Part shown: positions 54,509-62,846 of the stretch, in pieces
Layout of the letters: each line of letters starts with the position of its first letter
Numbering within the stretch: position 1 is the first letter of the stretch
Source of the DNA: an uncultured Thermoleophilaceae bacterium
Lineage (GTDB): Bacteria > Actinomycetota > Thermoleophilia > Solirubrobacterales > Thermoleophilaceae
Direction: 5' to 3'
NCBI GenBank assembly: GCA_963728495.1
Contig: CAVSKI010000006.1
Location: 104,489 to 168,488 of the forward strand
DNA: 64,000 nt
Notes under the pieces: model-generated
The model's database searches: none
Told to the model about the DNA's origin: nothing
Seen by the model: the letters and a program-made list of their open reading frames with translations, nothing else
Position numbers and translations under genes: made by a program

Positions 54509-55830
54509 CCCAGGCCGCCTACGACGAGGCGTACCTGGACAACGGCGAGCCACGACCCCAATACGCCGAGCTGCTCGGCGCCATGGGCGACCCGGGTTCG
54601 CTGGCGGCGGAGGTCAAGGCGGTCCTACGGGCCCGCGGGGTGGCCTTCGGGGGTGCAGCCGACGGCATCTTCGCCCTCGATCCCGTACCGCGCGTGCTCA
54701 CCCGCGAGGAGTGGTCGGAGCTGCAGGCGGGGGTGGTGCAGCGGCTGCGAACTCTCGATGCGTTCGTGGCCGACCTCTACGGCGAGGGCCGCGCGCTGGC
54801 CGCGGACGTGCTGCCTCGGGCGGCGGTCGAAGGGTCGCCGCACTACGAGCCCACGATGCACGGGGCGAAGGTGTCGCGCTGGGTCGCGTTCACCGGACTC
54901 GACGTGGTCCGCTGCCCGGACGCGCGCTTTCGGGTGATCGAGGATCAGGTCCGCATGCCCTCGGGCGTGGCCTACGCGGTGGCGGCCCGGGAAGCCCTTC
55001 GCGACGTGCTCCCGGTGGAAGCGCCCGACGACGATCTCAGCCTGTCCTACGGCGATCTCGCCCAGGCCGTCCGGGAGGTCGCCCCGGCCGGCGTGGACGA
55101 GCCGCGGGTCGTGCTGCTCTGCGAGGGCCCTTCGGCCGCCGCCTGGTGGGAGCACGAGTTGCTGTCCCGCGAGCTGGGCGCGCCGTTGGTCACGCTCGGC
55201 GACCTCGAGACGCGCGACGGAGGCGTTGTTGCCTGGATCGACGGCCAAGCCCGCGGCGTTGACGTGATCTACCAGCGCACCGACGAGGACCGCTTCAGCG
55301 GGACCCCGCTCGAAATGCTGCTCGAGCCCTGCCGCACAGGCCGGCTGGGAGTGGTCAACGCGCCCGGCGCGGGCGTGGCCGACGACAAGCTGGTGAACGC
55401 GCACTTCGACGATCTCGTGCGCTTCTTTTTAGACGAGGAGCCGCTGCTGCCGTCCATTCCGTCGCGCCCGGCCGCCGAGCTCGACGACCTGTCGGGCTGG
55501 GTGGTCAAGCCGCGTGGCGAGATGGGAGGCGAGGACGTGGTGCTCTGGGATCACGCCGACGAGGACACGCGACGGCGCACGCTGTCGGCGGTCGAATCGA
55601 CGCCCGATTCCTTCATCGCTCAGGAGCAGGTGACCCTCTCGGTGGCGCCGACCGTGTGCGACGGACGCCTCGAGCCCCGGCACGTCGACCTGCGCCCCTA
55701 CGCGGTTCTCAGCGATGCGGGCGTTCGTCTGCTGCCGGGCGGGATCAGCCGGGTTGCTCTCGTCGAGGGCTCGATGGTGGTGAACTCCGGGCAGGGCGGC
55801 GGAGCGAAGGACACCTGGGTGCTGGACTAG
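54505..55830 (+). CDS. Circularly permuted ATP-grasp type 2 protein
   Basis: PRPQYAELL.., FALDPVPRVLTREEWSELQAGVVQR, VVNAPGAGVADDKLV, WVVKPRGEMGGEDV, and SMVVNSGQGGGAKDTWVL are family hallmarks. The GTG overlaps the pseudokinase stop (GTGA). Confidence 0.8.
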   Translation: MTQAAYDEAYLDNGEPRPQYAELLGAMGDPGSLAAEVKAVLRARGVAFGGAADGIFALDPVPRVLTREEWSELQAGVVQRLRTLDAFVADLYGEGRALAADVLPRAAVEGSPHYEPTMHGAKVSRWVAFTGLDVVRCPDARFRVIEDQVRMPSGVAYAVAAREALRDVLPVEAPDDDLSLSYGDLAQAVREVAPAGVDEPRVVLLCEGPSAAAWWEHELLSRELGAPLVTLGDLETRDGGVVAWIDGQARGVDVIYQRTDEDRFSGTPLEMLLEPCRTGRLGVVNAPGAGVADDKLVNAHFDDLVRFFLDEEPLLPSIPSRPAAELDDLSGWVVKPRGEMGGEDVVLWDHADEDTRRRTLSAVESTPDSFIAQEQVTLSVAPTVCDGRLEPRHVDLRPYAVLSDAGVRLLPGGISRVALVEGSMVVNSGQGGGAKDTWVLD

Positions 55831-55834
55831 TCAT

Positions 55835-56587
55835 CTAGCGCTGGTCCAACTCGGCGCGCTCCGGCAGGAGCCCGGCGAGGATGTGCTCGGTGCCCTCCAT
55901 GTGCCCGCGCATGAGAGAGACCGCTCGCCCGGTGTCGCCCCGGCGCAGCAGAGAGATCAGGCGCCGGTGCTGCTGGTTTGAGCTCACCAGCACCTCGCGA
56001 GGGTGGGCGATCCGGTGGATGAGGTTGCTCATCTGGCCCTGCACCTCGGTCATGGCGGTGATCAGGCGCGGGGAGTGAGAGGCCTCGGCCACTCCGATGT
56101 GGAAATGGATGTCGGCGCGGCGGTAGTCGTCGAACGGCCCCGCCTCCTCCATACGCACGGTCAGGTCGTAGAGGCGCTCGAGGTCCTCCTCCTCGGCGCG
56201 CTCGGCCGCGAGCACGGTGGCGCCCGTCTCCACGGCCACGCGATAATCGAGCACGGCGCGGGCATCCTCGGTGAGCACCTCGCCCTCGGCGGCCTGTCCG
56301 AGGGGCGGCTCGTCGGCCACGAAGGTGCCGCCCGCCCTGCCTCTGACCGACACCAGGTGCCCGCTCTGCACGAGGGTCGTCAGAGCCTGACGCAGGGTCG
56401 AGCGCGATATGCGCAGCTGCTCGGCGAGATCGCGCTCCGGTGGAAGGCGACTGGCGGGCACGAGCAATCCGAGACGGATCGCTGTGCCGAGGCGCTCGAC
56501 GGTCTCCTCGAACGTCGTTGGAGGCTGGACCGGTTTGAACACCGCCTCGAGGGCAGGCGTCCTCTTCGCCCCGCCTGTCGGTTCCAC
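55835..56587 (-). CDS. GntR/FadR-family regulator (wHTH + FCD domain)
   Basis: LPPERDLAEQLRISRSTLRQALTTLVQSGHLVSVRGRAGGTFV, with His residues in the FCD domain. Confidence 0.85.
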   Translation of the reverse strand: MEPTGGAKRTPALEAVFKPVQPPTTFEETVERLGTAIRLGLLVPASRLPPERDLAEQLRISRSTLRQALTTLVQSGHLVSVRGRAGGTFVADEPPLGQAAEGEVLTEDARAVLDYRVAVETGATVLAAERAEEEDLERLYDLTVRMEEAGPFDDYRRADIHFHIGVAEASHSPRLITAMTEVQGQMSNLIHRIAHPREVLVSSNQQHRRLISLLRRGDTGRAVSLMRGHMEGTEHILAGLLPERAELDQR

Positions 56588-56646
56588 GCCAGCAAACCTA
56601 CACCCGGCAGCCTGAGTCCCGGGCCGGCCGCGCTAGATTCGCTGCC

Positions 56647-56898
56647 GTGGAGAACCGCAGGGAACGCGTGGTGGTGGAGACCGACCGTTACCGCGTGGAA
56701 GGACTGATGACCCTCCCTCGCGAAGGCCATCGGTCGCGAGTGTCCGACCACGTGAACCGCCGCGACACCGAGTTCTTCACGCTGGTCGACTGCGAGCTGG
56801 TGGCCCTGGACGGCTCGGGACGCGACTGGAAGGCACCGGTGATCATGCTGGCCCGCCGTCACATCCGCCTGATCGTGCCCGCATCTGACGACGGCTGA
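56647..56898 (+). CDS. Small conserved-looking hypothetical protein
   Basis: MENRRERVVVETDRYRVEGLMTLPREGHRSRVSDHVN.. has balanced composition. It is divergent from the FadR-type regulator. Confidence 0.55.
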   Translation: MENRRERVVVETDRYRVEGLMTLPREGHRSRVSDHVNRRDTEFFTLVDCELVALDGSGRDWKAPVIMLARRHIRLIVPASDDG

Positions 56899-56937
56899 GC
56901 GTTCCGTCCGCTAACCCGCCCACGATTCGGTTCCTCC

Positions 56938-57144
56938 ATGCTGTACGCAATCCTCATATGCACTGACGAATCCTGCGCCGAGGAGTTCGAGGGCTGGGGC
57001 CAGCCCGACGAATTCGAAGCCCTGCTTTGCGAGAGCTGCGGCTGCACGCTCCAGGCCACGGCCTTCTGCGAGGTCCGGGCCGAGGCCACGGTCACGCGCC
57101 TGCCGCGCTTCACTCCCCACGTGCAGCTGCGCGAAGCGGCGTGA
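56938..57144 (+). CDS. Small Cys-rich (zinc-ribbon-like) protein
   Basis: C-x4-C near the N-terminus and C-x2-C-x-C in the middle (ICTDESCAEE..LCESCGC). Confidence 0.5.
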   Translation: MLYAILICTDESCAEEFEGWGQPDEFEALLCESCGCTLQATAFCEVRAEATVTRLPRFTPHVQLREAA

Positions 57145-57150
57145 TGCGCG

Positions 57151-57324
57151 GCTAGATGGCTGGTTTCGCGGCCGCGTGGGCGCGGGGGCGCACGGGACCA
57201 AGCCGGGCGGGGGAAGCAGGGCGAAGCCGTGACCCGAAGGTATCGGCGAGCCCGATGACCGCGATCCGCCGACGGTATCCGTGCGTCATCCGCGTGCGCG
57301 GGGTCGCGAAATCAGTCATCTAAC
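57151..57324 (+). other. 174-nt element bounded by 23-nt imperfect inverted repeats, abutting tRNA-Ser
   Basis: GCTAGATGGCTGGTTTCGCGGCC (57151-57173) pairs with GGTCGCGAAATCAGTCATCTAAC (57302-57324): 19 Watson-Crick pairs, 3 G-U and 1 mismatch. An inner pair is CGCACGG 57189-57195 with CCGTGCG 57279-57285. Confidence 0.4.
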
Positions 57325-57336
57325 CTGAGCCGCTCT

Positions 57337-57425
57337 GGAGAGGTGACCGAGCGGCTTAAGGTGCACGACTGGAAATCGTGTGGGCGGGTCAAACTGCCTC
57401 GTGGGTTCGAATCCCACCCTCTCCG
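57337..57425 (+). tRNA. tRNA-Ser (anticodon GGA)
   Basis: Acceptor GGAGAGG/CCTCTCC, anticodon stem CACGA/TCGTG with loop CTGGAAA, long variable arm GGGCGGGTCAAACTGCCTC, T arm GTGGG-TTCGAAT-CCCAC, discriminator G. Confidence 0.95.
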
Positions 57426-57834
57426 CATTTGGGTGCATGAACCACGACGGTCTTCGGCCGCTCGTCCGTGACGAGAAGGGGCTTCGGCGCCATCACCCTC
57501 CGAGAGGCTCGGCTACTGCTTGTCCCCACAGAACAGGAGCTATGAAGGAGCCGATCGAGTGTCGACTAACGACCGCCTCACGCTCACTTCTGCACGATTG
57601 CGAAAGCGCCGTCGTTGCTACGACCGCTGGTCGTCCGCAGCGAGAGCAAGTAGGGCATCGGTGAGCGTGCCTGCTCGACGCGCGACGCGGTCGCTTGCTT
57701 GTGGTCTGGACTGGAGGCGACGCTGGGTGCCGGTGTGCGGGGATCGGAGATGGCCGGGCGCGGGGCGCCACGCCTTGTAGAACCGCGCTTGAGCGGGTGA
57801 AAACCCCTTTGGGCCGGGCGGCCCGGCGCGGGCG

Positions 57835-59256
57835 TCAGCCGGGCTGAATGTTCTTGTTGTGGTGGAACACGTTCTCGGGATCGTACGTGGCCTTCACTTC
57901 GGCGAGCCGCCGGTACGTGTCGTCGCCGTAGGCCTCGCGGACGCGGCTCGTGTCATCGTCGGAGTCGAGAAAGTTCACGTAGACGCCGGTACGGTAGGGC
58001 TGCAGGGCGTCGAGGAATGTTCGTGCCCACGCGGTCTCCGCAGCTCCGACGGTGTCGTCCTGTTCCGGGAGCCAGGCTGCGTCGATGATGAGGTTGTGCT
58101 CCACATCGCGCCCTGGGTAGGCCGTGGCCTCTCGAGGGGCTCGGGCTACTGCTCCACCCATGTGGAACATCGCCGCGTACGACCTCGGCGAGCTGGCGTC
58201 GTGGGCGTGCTCGGCGACGATGTCGATGACCTCGTCGGACAGGCCGGCGAGGTTCGTAGCCTTCCAGTAGTAGTGCCACCCGTGGGGGACGGTGTCGTCG
58301 AGGCCGCTCTGGAAGGCGACGTACCGCGTGAGTCCGAAGAGGTCGACTAGTGGCGTGCCGAACTGGCGGAGCGCCCGCACCTCGCGCTCGCCGTCTTCGA
58401 CGGATCCGGCGTAGCAGCTGGCCACCGAGATGGCCGGCCGGAAGTGCAGGTCCTCGTCGACCACCGGCAGCGGTGGGATCGTGCCGAGCCGGATGACGTT
58501 CCCGAGCTCGTCAGGCGCGTCGGTGACGAACTCACGGTAGAAGCGCAGCACGTCGGTGGTGTCGTCGGCCGCCCAAAAGACGGGCCCGGCCATCAGGGTC
58601 GGGCCGATGGGGTGGAGGGAGAACTGGAACGAGGTGACGACGCCGAAGTTGCCGCCACCGCCTCGCAGCGCCCAGAACAGATCGGGGTGTTCGTCGGCGG
58701 ACGCCTGGACGATGCTGCCCTCGGCGGTGACCACCTCGGCGGCGAGCAGGTTGTCGACGGTGAGCCCGTGTTTGCGCATGAGGAAGCCGATGCCACCGCC
58801 GAGAGTGAGCCCGGCGACGCCGGTGTGGCCCACGATGCCGCCGGGGGTGGCCAGACCGTGGGCCTGCGTCTCGTGGTCGACGTCGCCCCACAGAGCACCA
58901 CCCTGCACCCGGGCCGTGCGACCGGCGGGGTCGACGCACACGGCCCGCATTGCCGAGAGGTCGATGACGACCCCGTCGTCGCACACCGCGGTGCCGGCCA
59001 CGTTGTGGCCCCCGCCCCGTACGGCGATCTCCAGGTCGTGGTCGCGGGCGAAGCGCACGGCCGCGACCACATCGGCCACACCCGTACAGCGGGCGATACA
59101 GGCCGGATGGCGGTCGATCGCGCCATTCCAGATCCTGCGGGCAGTGTCGTAGCCGGGGCTGGTCGGCAGCAGCAGCTTTCCGCGGAACGATCCGCTGAGC
59201 TCGTCGAACGCGCTCGGCTTCAGGGGCGGTGCCTGTGGTGTCTGAATAGCGCTCAT
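57835..59256 (-). CDS. FAD-linked oxidase with BBE (berberine-bridge-like) C-terminal domain
   Basis: FAD_binding_4 motifs (VRGGGHN, GVAGLTLGGGIG) and the C-terminal YVNFLD..DPENVFHHNKNI. Confidence 0.85.
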   Translation of the reverse strand: MSAIQTPQAPPLKPSAFDELSGSFRGKLLLPTSPGYDTARRIWNGAIDRHPACIARCTGVADVVAAVRFARDHDLEIAVRGGGHNVAGTAVCDDGVVIDLSAMRAVCVDPAGRTARVQGGALWGDVDHETQAHGLATPGGIVGHTGVAGLTLGGGIGFLMRKHGLTVDNLLAAEVVTAEGSIVQASADEHPDLFWALRGGGGNFGVVTSFQFSLHPIGPTLMAGPVFWAADDTTDVLRFYREFVTDAPDELGNVIRLGTIPPLPVVDEDLHFRPAISVASCYAGSVEDGEREVRALRQFGTPLVDLFGLTRYVAFQSGLDDTVPHGWHYYWKATNLAGLSDEVIDIVAEHAHDASSPRSYAAMFHMGGAVARAPREATAYPGRDVEHNLIIDAAWLPEQDDTVGAAETAWARTFLDALQPYRTGVYVNFLDSDDDTSRVREAYGDDTYRRLAEVKATYDPENVFHHNKNIQPG

Positions 59257-59309
59257 CTCGTCCTCCTAGCTGTGCTCGATGAGCGTCCCACCAGCCGCCC
59301 CGGGCTGAC

Positions 59310-59342
59310 TAGTTCTACTTTCGAACTAACCGGTTCGAGTAG
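59310..59342. promoter_or_regulatory. Inverted repeats in the divergent BBE-oxidase/HxlR promoter region
   Basis: TAGTTCTACTTTCGAACTAACCGGTTCGAGTAG. The pairs are CTACT..CGAAC / GTTCG..AGTAG and TAGTTC/GAACTA. Confidence 0.35.
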
Positions 59343-59380
59343 CAGACCTGCCGCGAATCCGCGGTTAGCATGGTGGCGCC

Positions 59381-60115
59381 ATGCGCAGCTACGCGCAGTA
59401 CTGCCCGGTCGCCAAGGCCAGCGAGGTCCTCGGCGACCGATGGATGCTTCTGATAGTGCGCGAGATGCTCGGCGGCGCGAGCGGCTTCAACGAGCTCCAA
59501 CGCGGTCTCCCAGGGATCTCGCGCTCGGTCCTCACCGACCGGATGCGCGCGCTCGAGCGGGCCGAGGTCATCGAGCGCAGGACGGGGCCCAAAGGCCGCA
59601 CGCTCGAATATCGCCTCACGACCGCCGGCCGTGACCTTCAGCCGGTCGTGCAGGCGATCGGCGAGTGGGGGGCGACCTGGTCGTTCACCGAGCCGCGCCC
59701 CGAGGAACTCGATCCCGACCTGTTGATCGTCTGGATGGGCCGCCACGTCGATCGCCAGCGGCTCCCACCCAACCGAACCGTGGTTCAGTTCGACTTTCGC
59801 GCCCCCAAGCGGCGTTACTGGATGGTCCTTGAGCCCTCCGAGGTCTCAGTCTGCCTCAAGCATCCCGGTTTCGACGTCGACCTCGAGGTGATCGTCGACA
59901 CCGCCACGCTCTACCGCGTCTACTTGGGACGGGCCGAGCTGGGCGGCGCGATTCGAGCCGGCCAGCTGACGATGAGCGGCCCGCGAACGCTGCAACGGGG
60001 AATCGGCCACTGGTTCACCTGGAGCGCATTCGCCCCAGCCAGCCGCTCGGCGCAGCAGCGCCGCACAGCTGCCTCACGCCTTGCCAGCCCTCATCGCGTA
60101 CGGATCGCCGAATGA
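59381..60115 (+). CDS. HxlR-family winged-helix regulator with extra C-terminal domain
   Basis: YCPVAKASEVLGDRWMLLIVREMLGGASGFNELQRGLPGISRSVLTDRMRALERAEVI. Confidence 0.8.
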   Translation: MRSYAQYCPVAKASEVLGDRWMLLIVREMLGGASGFNELQRGLPGISRSVLTDRMRALERAEVIERRTGPKGRTLEYRLTTAGRDLQPVVQAIGEWGATWSFTEPRPEELDPDLLIVWMGRHVDRQRLPPNRTVVQFDFRAPKRRYWMVLEPSEVSVCLKHPGFDVDLEVIVDTATLYRVYLGRAELGGAIRAGQLTMSGPRTLQRGIGHWFTWSAFAPASRSAQQRRTAASRLASPHRVRIAE

Positions 60116-60214
60116 CGGCGATCCGGGCACTGCACCGTAGTGGCTGCAACGCCACGCCTGCATCCGCGTCCAAGCACGCTCCGCGGGCCTCAAGAAACAG
60201 GCGCCTGCTACTGT

Positions 60215-60487
60215 ATGCACATGTCGTTGCTCACTCGTCGCACTCAACTGCTCCTGGACGAGGAGCGCTACGCCAAGCTCGAGCGGCGTGCCGCTCAGAC
60301 CGGGCGTTCGGTGGCAGCCATCATCCGTGAGGCAATCGACGAGAAGCTCGGCCACGACGGTGACGAGGCGCGGCGACGGGGAGCGGTGCGAGATCTGCTC
60401 GCCGCGCCCGCGCCCGCCTACGAGCGCGAGCCCGACTGGGACGAGGTCAAGGACGACCTCCGCGGGCGCTCCGGACGCACGCGCTGA
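60215..60487 (+). CDS. vapB: Ribbon-helix-helix (CopG/VapB-type) antitoxin
   Basis: MHMSLLTRRTQLLLDEERYAKLERRAAQTGRSVAAIIREAI is an RHH signature. Its stop is 1 nt before the PIN gene start. Confidence 0.75.
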   Translation: MHMSLLTRRTQLLLDEERYAKLERRAAQTGRSVAAIIREAIDEKLGHDGDEARRRGAVRDLLAAPAPAYEREPDWDEVKDDLRGRSGRTR

Positions 60488-60488
60488 G

Positions 60489-60935
60489 GTGCGGCGCTTC
60501 TTCTTCGACACCAACGTCTTCGTGTACGCCCTTGGCGGCGCTCACGCGTACCGCGACGCGGCCCGGGAGGTGGTCCGGCGTCAGGGCGAGGGGGAGCTGG
60601 CGGGCGAGGTGACGACAATGGTTGTCGCGGAGTTGGTCCACCAGCGCCTGCGCCAGACCGGCGACCGCGCCGAGGCGGCACGACGTGGCCGCCAGGTGGC
60701 GCTCGCCTGCCGGGTGCACGCGAGCGATGGCGCCGACGCGGATCTGGCCTGGGACCTCTACGAGGCGCAGCCGGTGCTGGATGCGTTCGACGCTCTGCTG
60801 GCCGCCACCGCCCTCAACCGCGGAATCGAGGCGGTGGTATCGGCCGATCGCGCTTTCGACGGCGTGCAGGGACTCGAGCGAATCGACCCGCTCGACGGCG
60901 CCGCCCTGGCCGAGCTGAGCCGGCCCTCAAGCTAA
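60489..60935 (+). CDS. vapC: PIN-domain toxin (VapC)
   Basis: FFFDTNVFVY (Asp1), VVAELV (Glu), FDALLAATAL (Asp), and VSADRAF. Confidence 0.8.
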   Translation: MRRFFFDTNVFVYALGGAHAYRDAAREVVRRQGEGELAGEVTTMVVAELVHQRLRQTGDRAEAARRGRQVALACRVHASDGADADLAWDLYEAQPVLDAFDALLAATALNRGIEAVVSADRAFDGVQGLERIDPLDGAALAELSRPSS

Positions 60936-60945
60936 GCATCAATGG

Positions 60946-61881
60946 TCACGCGCTGCCGGGCACAGGCCACCCGAGGTCTGCGGCGGCGCTGCTCACAGCC
61001 GCCCGGAGGGCCTGGACGGAGGGCCGCTTGGCGTCCGCCGTGCGCGTGGCCATGAAGATGGTTCGATGCACGGAGCCCTCGGCGATGGCTCGCACGGCCA
61101 CGCCCGGGTGAGCGTCGGGGGCCACCAGCTCCGGTAGCAGCGTGACCCCCTGACCATGGGCCACGGCGGCCAGGCTGGTGACGCTGTCGTTTGTCCGGTG
61201 GCGGATGTCGGGGTCGAAGCCGCCGAGCTCGCGGCAGGTCCGCTCGATGATCTCCTCCCAGCCGGTGTCGCGGTGACCGGTCGTCCACGCGTCGTCGGCG
61301 AGCTCGGCCAGCGGCACCGCCTGGCGATGGCGGCGCGCGGCCGGGTGGTGCTCGGGCAGGACGAGCCGAACCGGGTCTCGGTGCAGGTCTTGGCGGTGCA
61401 CGCTTGCCAGCCGCGCGTGCGGCTGGTGCTGCCACTCGTCGCCCAGGACCAAATCGACGTCCCCGAGCTCGAGCGCGGGCAACGACTGCTCGGGCTCGGC
61501 TTCGAGGAGCTCACAGCGCAAGCCCGGCGCCTCCCGGGCCAGGGCCCGCATCGCCGGGAGAGCGAGCTGGATGGCCACCGACTGAAAGGAAGCGATGCGC
61601 CCCCGCCCGGACACGCTGCCCGTGGTCGCGGCCAGCTCAGCCTCCGCGAGCTCGGCCCGCTCGAGCAGCGCCTCGGCATGACCCACCAGGACGAGCGCGG
61701 CATCGGTCAGCCGCACCCCCCGCCCGGCCCGCTCGAGCAGCGCCAGCCCGGCCTCGCGCTCGAGCACCGACAGCTGCTGGGACACGGCCGAGGGCGTGAA
61801 CTGCAAGGCGTCGGCCACCGCGGCGATGGTGCCGCGCGCGTGCAGCTCGTGAAGCAGGCGCAGGCGGTGGAGGTCGAGCAC
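60946..61881 (-). CDS. LysR-family transcriptional regulator
   Basis: LDLHRLRLLHELHARGTIAAVADALQFTPSAVSQQLSVLERE plus a substrate-binding domain. Confidence 0.9.
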   Translation of the reverse strand: MLDLHRLRLLHELHARGTIAAVADALQFTPSAVSQQLSVLEREAGLALLERAGRGVRLTDAALVLVGHAEALLERAELAEAELAATTGSVSGRGRIASFQSVAIQLALPAMRALAREAPGLRCELLEAEPEQSLPALELGDVDLVLGDEWQHQPHARLASVHRQDLHRDPVRLVLPEHHPAARRHRQAVPLAELADDAWTTGHRDTGWEEIIERTCRELGGFDPDIRHRTNDSVTSLAAVAHGQGVTLLPELVAPDAHPGVAVRAIAEGSVHRTIFMATRTADAKRPSVQALRAAVSSAAADLGWPVPGSA

Positions 61882-61899
61882 TCGTAAGTGACTCTACTG

Positions 61900-61932
61900 G
61901 TTCAGCTTTACGAACATGAGTTGTTTCTGAAC
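61900..61932. promoter_or_regulatory. AT-rich divergent promoter with inverted repeat GTTCAG-N21-CTGAAC
   Basis: Lies in the lowest-GC stretch of the window, between the LysR gene and its divergent EamA transporter gene. Confidence 0.3.
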
Positions 61933-61934
61933 AA

Positions 61935-62846
61935 TTGGCGGAGCAATATCGCGGCATGCCCTCCGCCGGCATCCTCCTCTGCCTCACCTCCGCCGCCGCC
62001 TTTGGCGCGATGGGGATCTTTGGCAAGCTGGCCTACGAGCAGGGCGCGACCGTCGGCACATTGCTGTCGGTGCGGTTCGTGCTCGCCGCCGTGCTGTTCT
62101 GGCTGTTCATGGTCTTCTCCGGCCGCGCCCGCGATCTGCGCGCCCTGGGCCGCCGCGACGTGATGATCGGGCTCGCGCTGGGTGCCGTCGGCTACAGCGC
62201 GCAGGCCGGCGGCTACTTTGCCGCACTGCAGCGCCTGGACGCCTCGCTGCTCTCCATGCTCGTGTACACCTTCCCGGCGATCGTCACGGTTACCGCGATC
62301 GCGCTCGGGCGCGAGCGGGCGAGCCGGCGAACCGCGATCGCCCTGGCGCTCGCTTCGACCGGACTCGCGCTGGTCCTCGCGGGATCTGCCGCGGGCGCGC
62401 TTGACCCGCTCGGAACGGGGCTGGGGCTGGCGGCTGCAGTCGTCTACAGCGTGTACATCCTCGCGTCGGAGGGAGTGGCCGCGCGCATGGGGCCGCTGGC
62501 CCTGAGCACATTGGTGTGTACCGGCGCGGCCATAGCGCTGACCCTCGCCGGCGTCGTCGGCGGCGATCTCGACCCGGGGAACGTGAGCGCGGCAGGGTTC
62601 GGCTGGCTCGCCGGCCTCGCCGTCGTCTCCACGGTCGGCGCCGTTGGCCTCTTCTTCGCCGGCTTGCGACATGTCGGGCCGACCATCGCCTCGATCCTCG
62701 CCACGGCTGAACCACTCGTAACGGTGCTGCTCGCCTTCCTCGTCTTCAGCGAGATGCTGGGGCCGGTACAGGTGGTGGGCGGCTCTCTCGTGCTCGCCGC
62801 CGTTCTGGTACTCCAAGCCCACCCCATCAAGGAGCGCATCCCATGA
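61935..62846 (+). CDS. DMT-superfamily (EamA) transporter
   Basis: 10-TM profile in two EamA-like halves. An alternative ATG lies at 61956. Confidence 0.85.
   Translation: MAEQYRGMPSAGILLCLTSAAAFGAMGIFGKLAYEQGATVGTLLSVRFVLAAVLFWLFMVFSGRARDLRALGRRDVMIGLALGAVGYSAQAGGYFAALQRLDASLLSMLVYTFPAIVTVTAIALGRERASRRTAIALALASTGLALVLAGSAAGALDPLGTGLGLAAAVVYSVYILASEGVAARMGPLALSTLVCTGAAIALTLAGVVGGDLDPGNVSAAGFGWLAGLAVVSTVGAVGLFFAGLRHVGPTIASILATAEPLVTVLLAFLVFSEMLGPVQVVGGSLVLAAVLVLQAHPIKERIP

Noticed and set aside
55821-55840. Shared TCATCTAG strings at 55831, 57317 and 63930, considered as a dispersed motif
   Set aside because: They are only 8-9 nt long. One is simply two abutting stop codons of convergent genes, so the matches are most likely coincidence.
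57380-57664. 94-aa ORF overlapping tRNA-Ser
   Set aside because: It starts inside the tRNA and has no coding-like features. The region is better described as non-coding.
57791-57830. GCGGGTGAAAACCCC plus hairpin GCCGGG-cgg-CCCGGC, considered as a third copy of the 55-nt repeat or as a terminator
   Set aside because: It shares only the GGGTGAAA core with the repeat. The hairpin is short, and its T-run is 9 nt away on the relevant strand, so it is neither a convincing repeat copy nor a canonical terminator.
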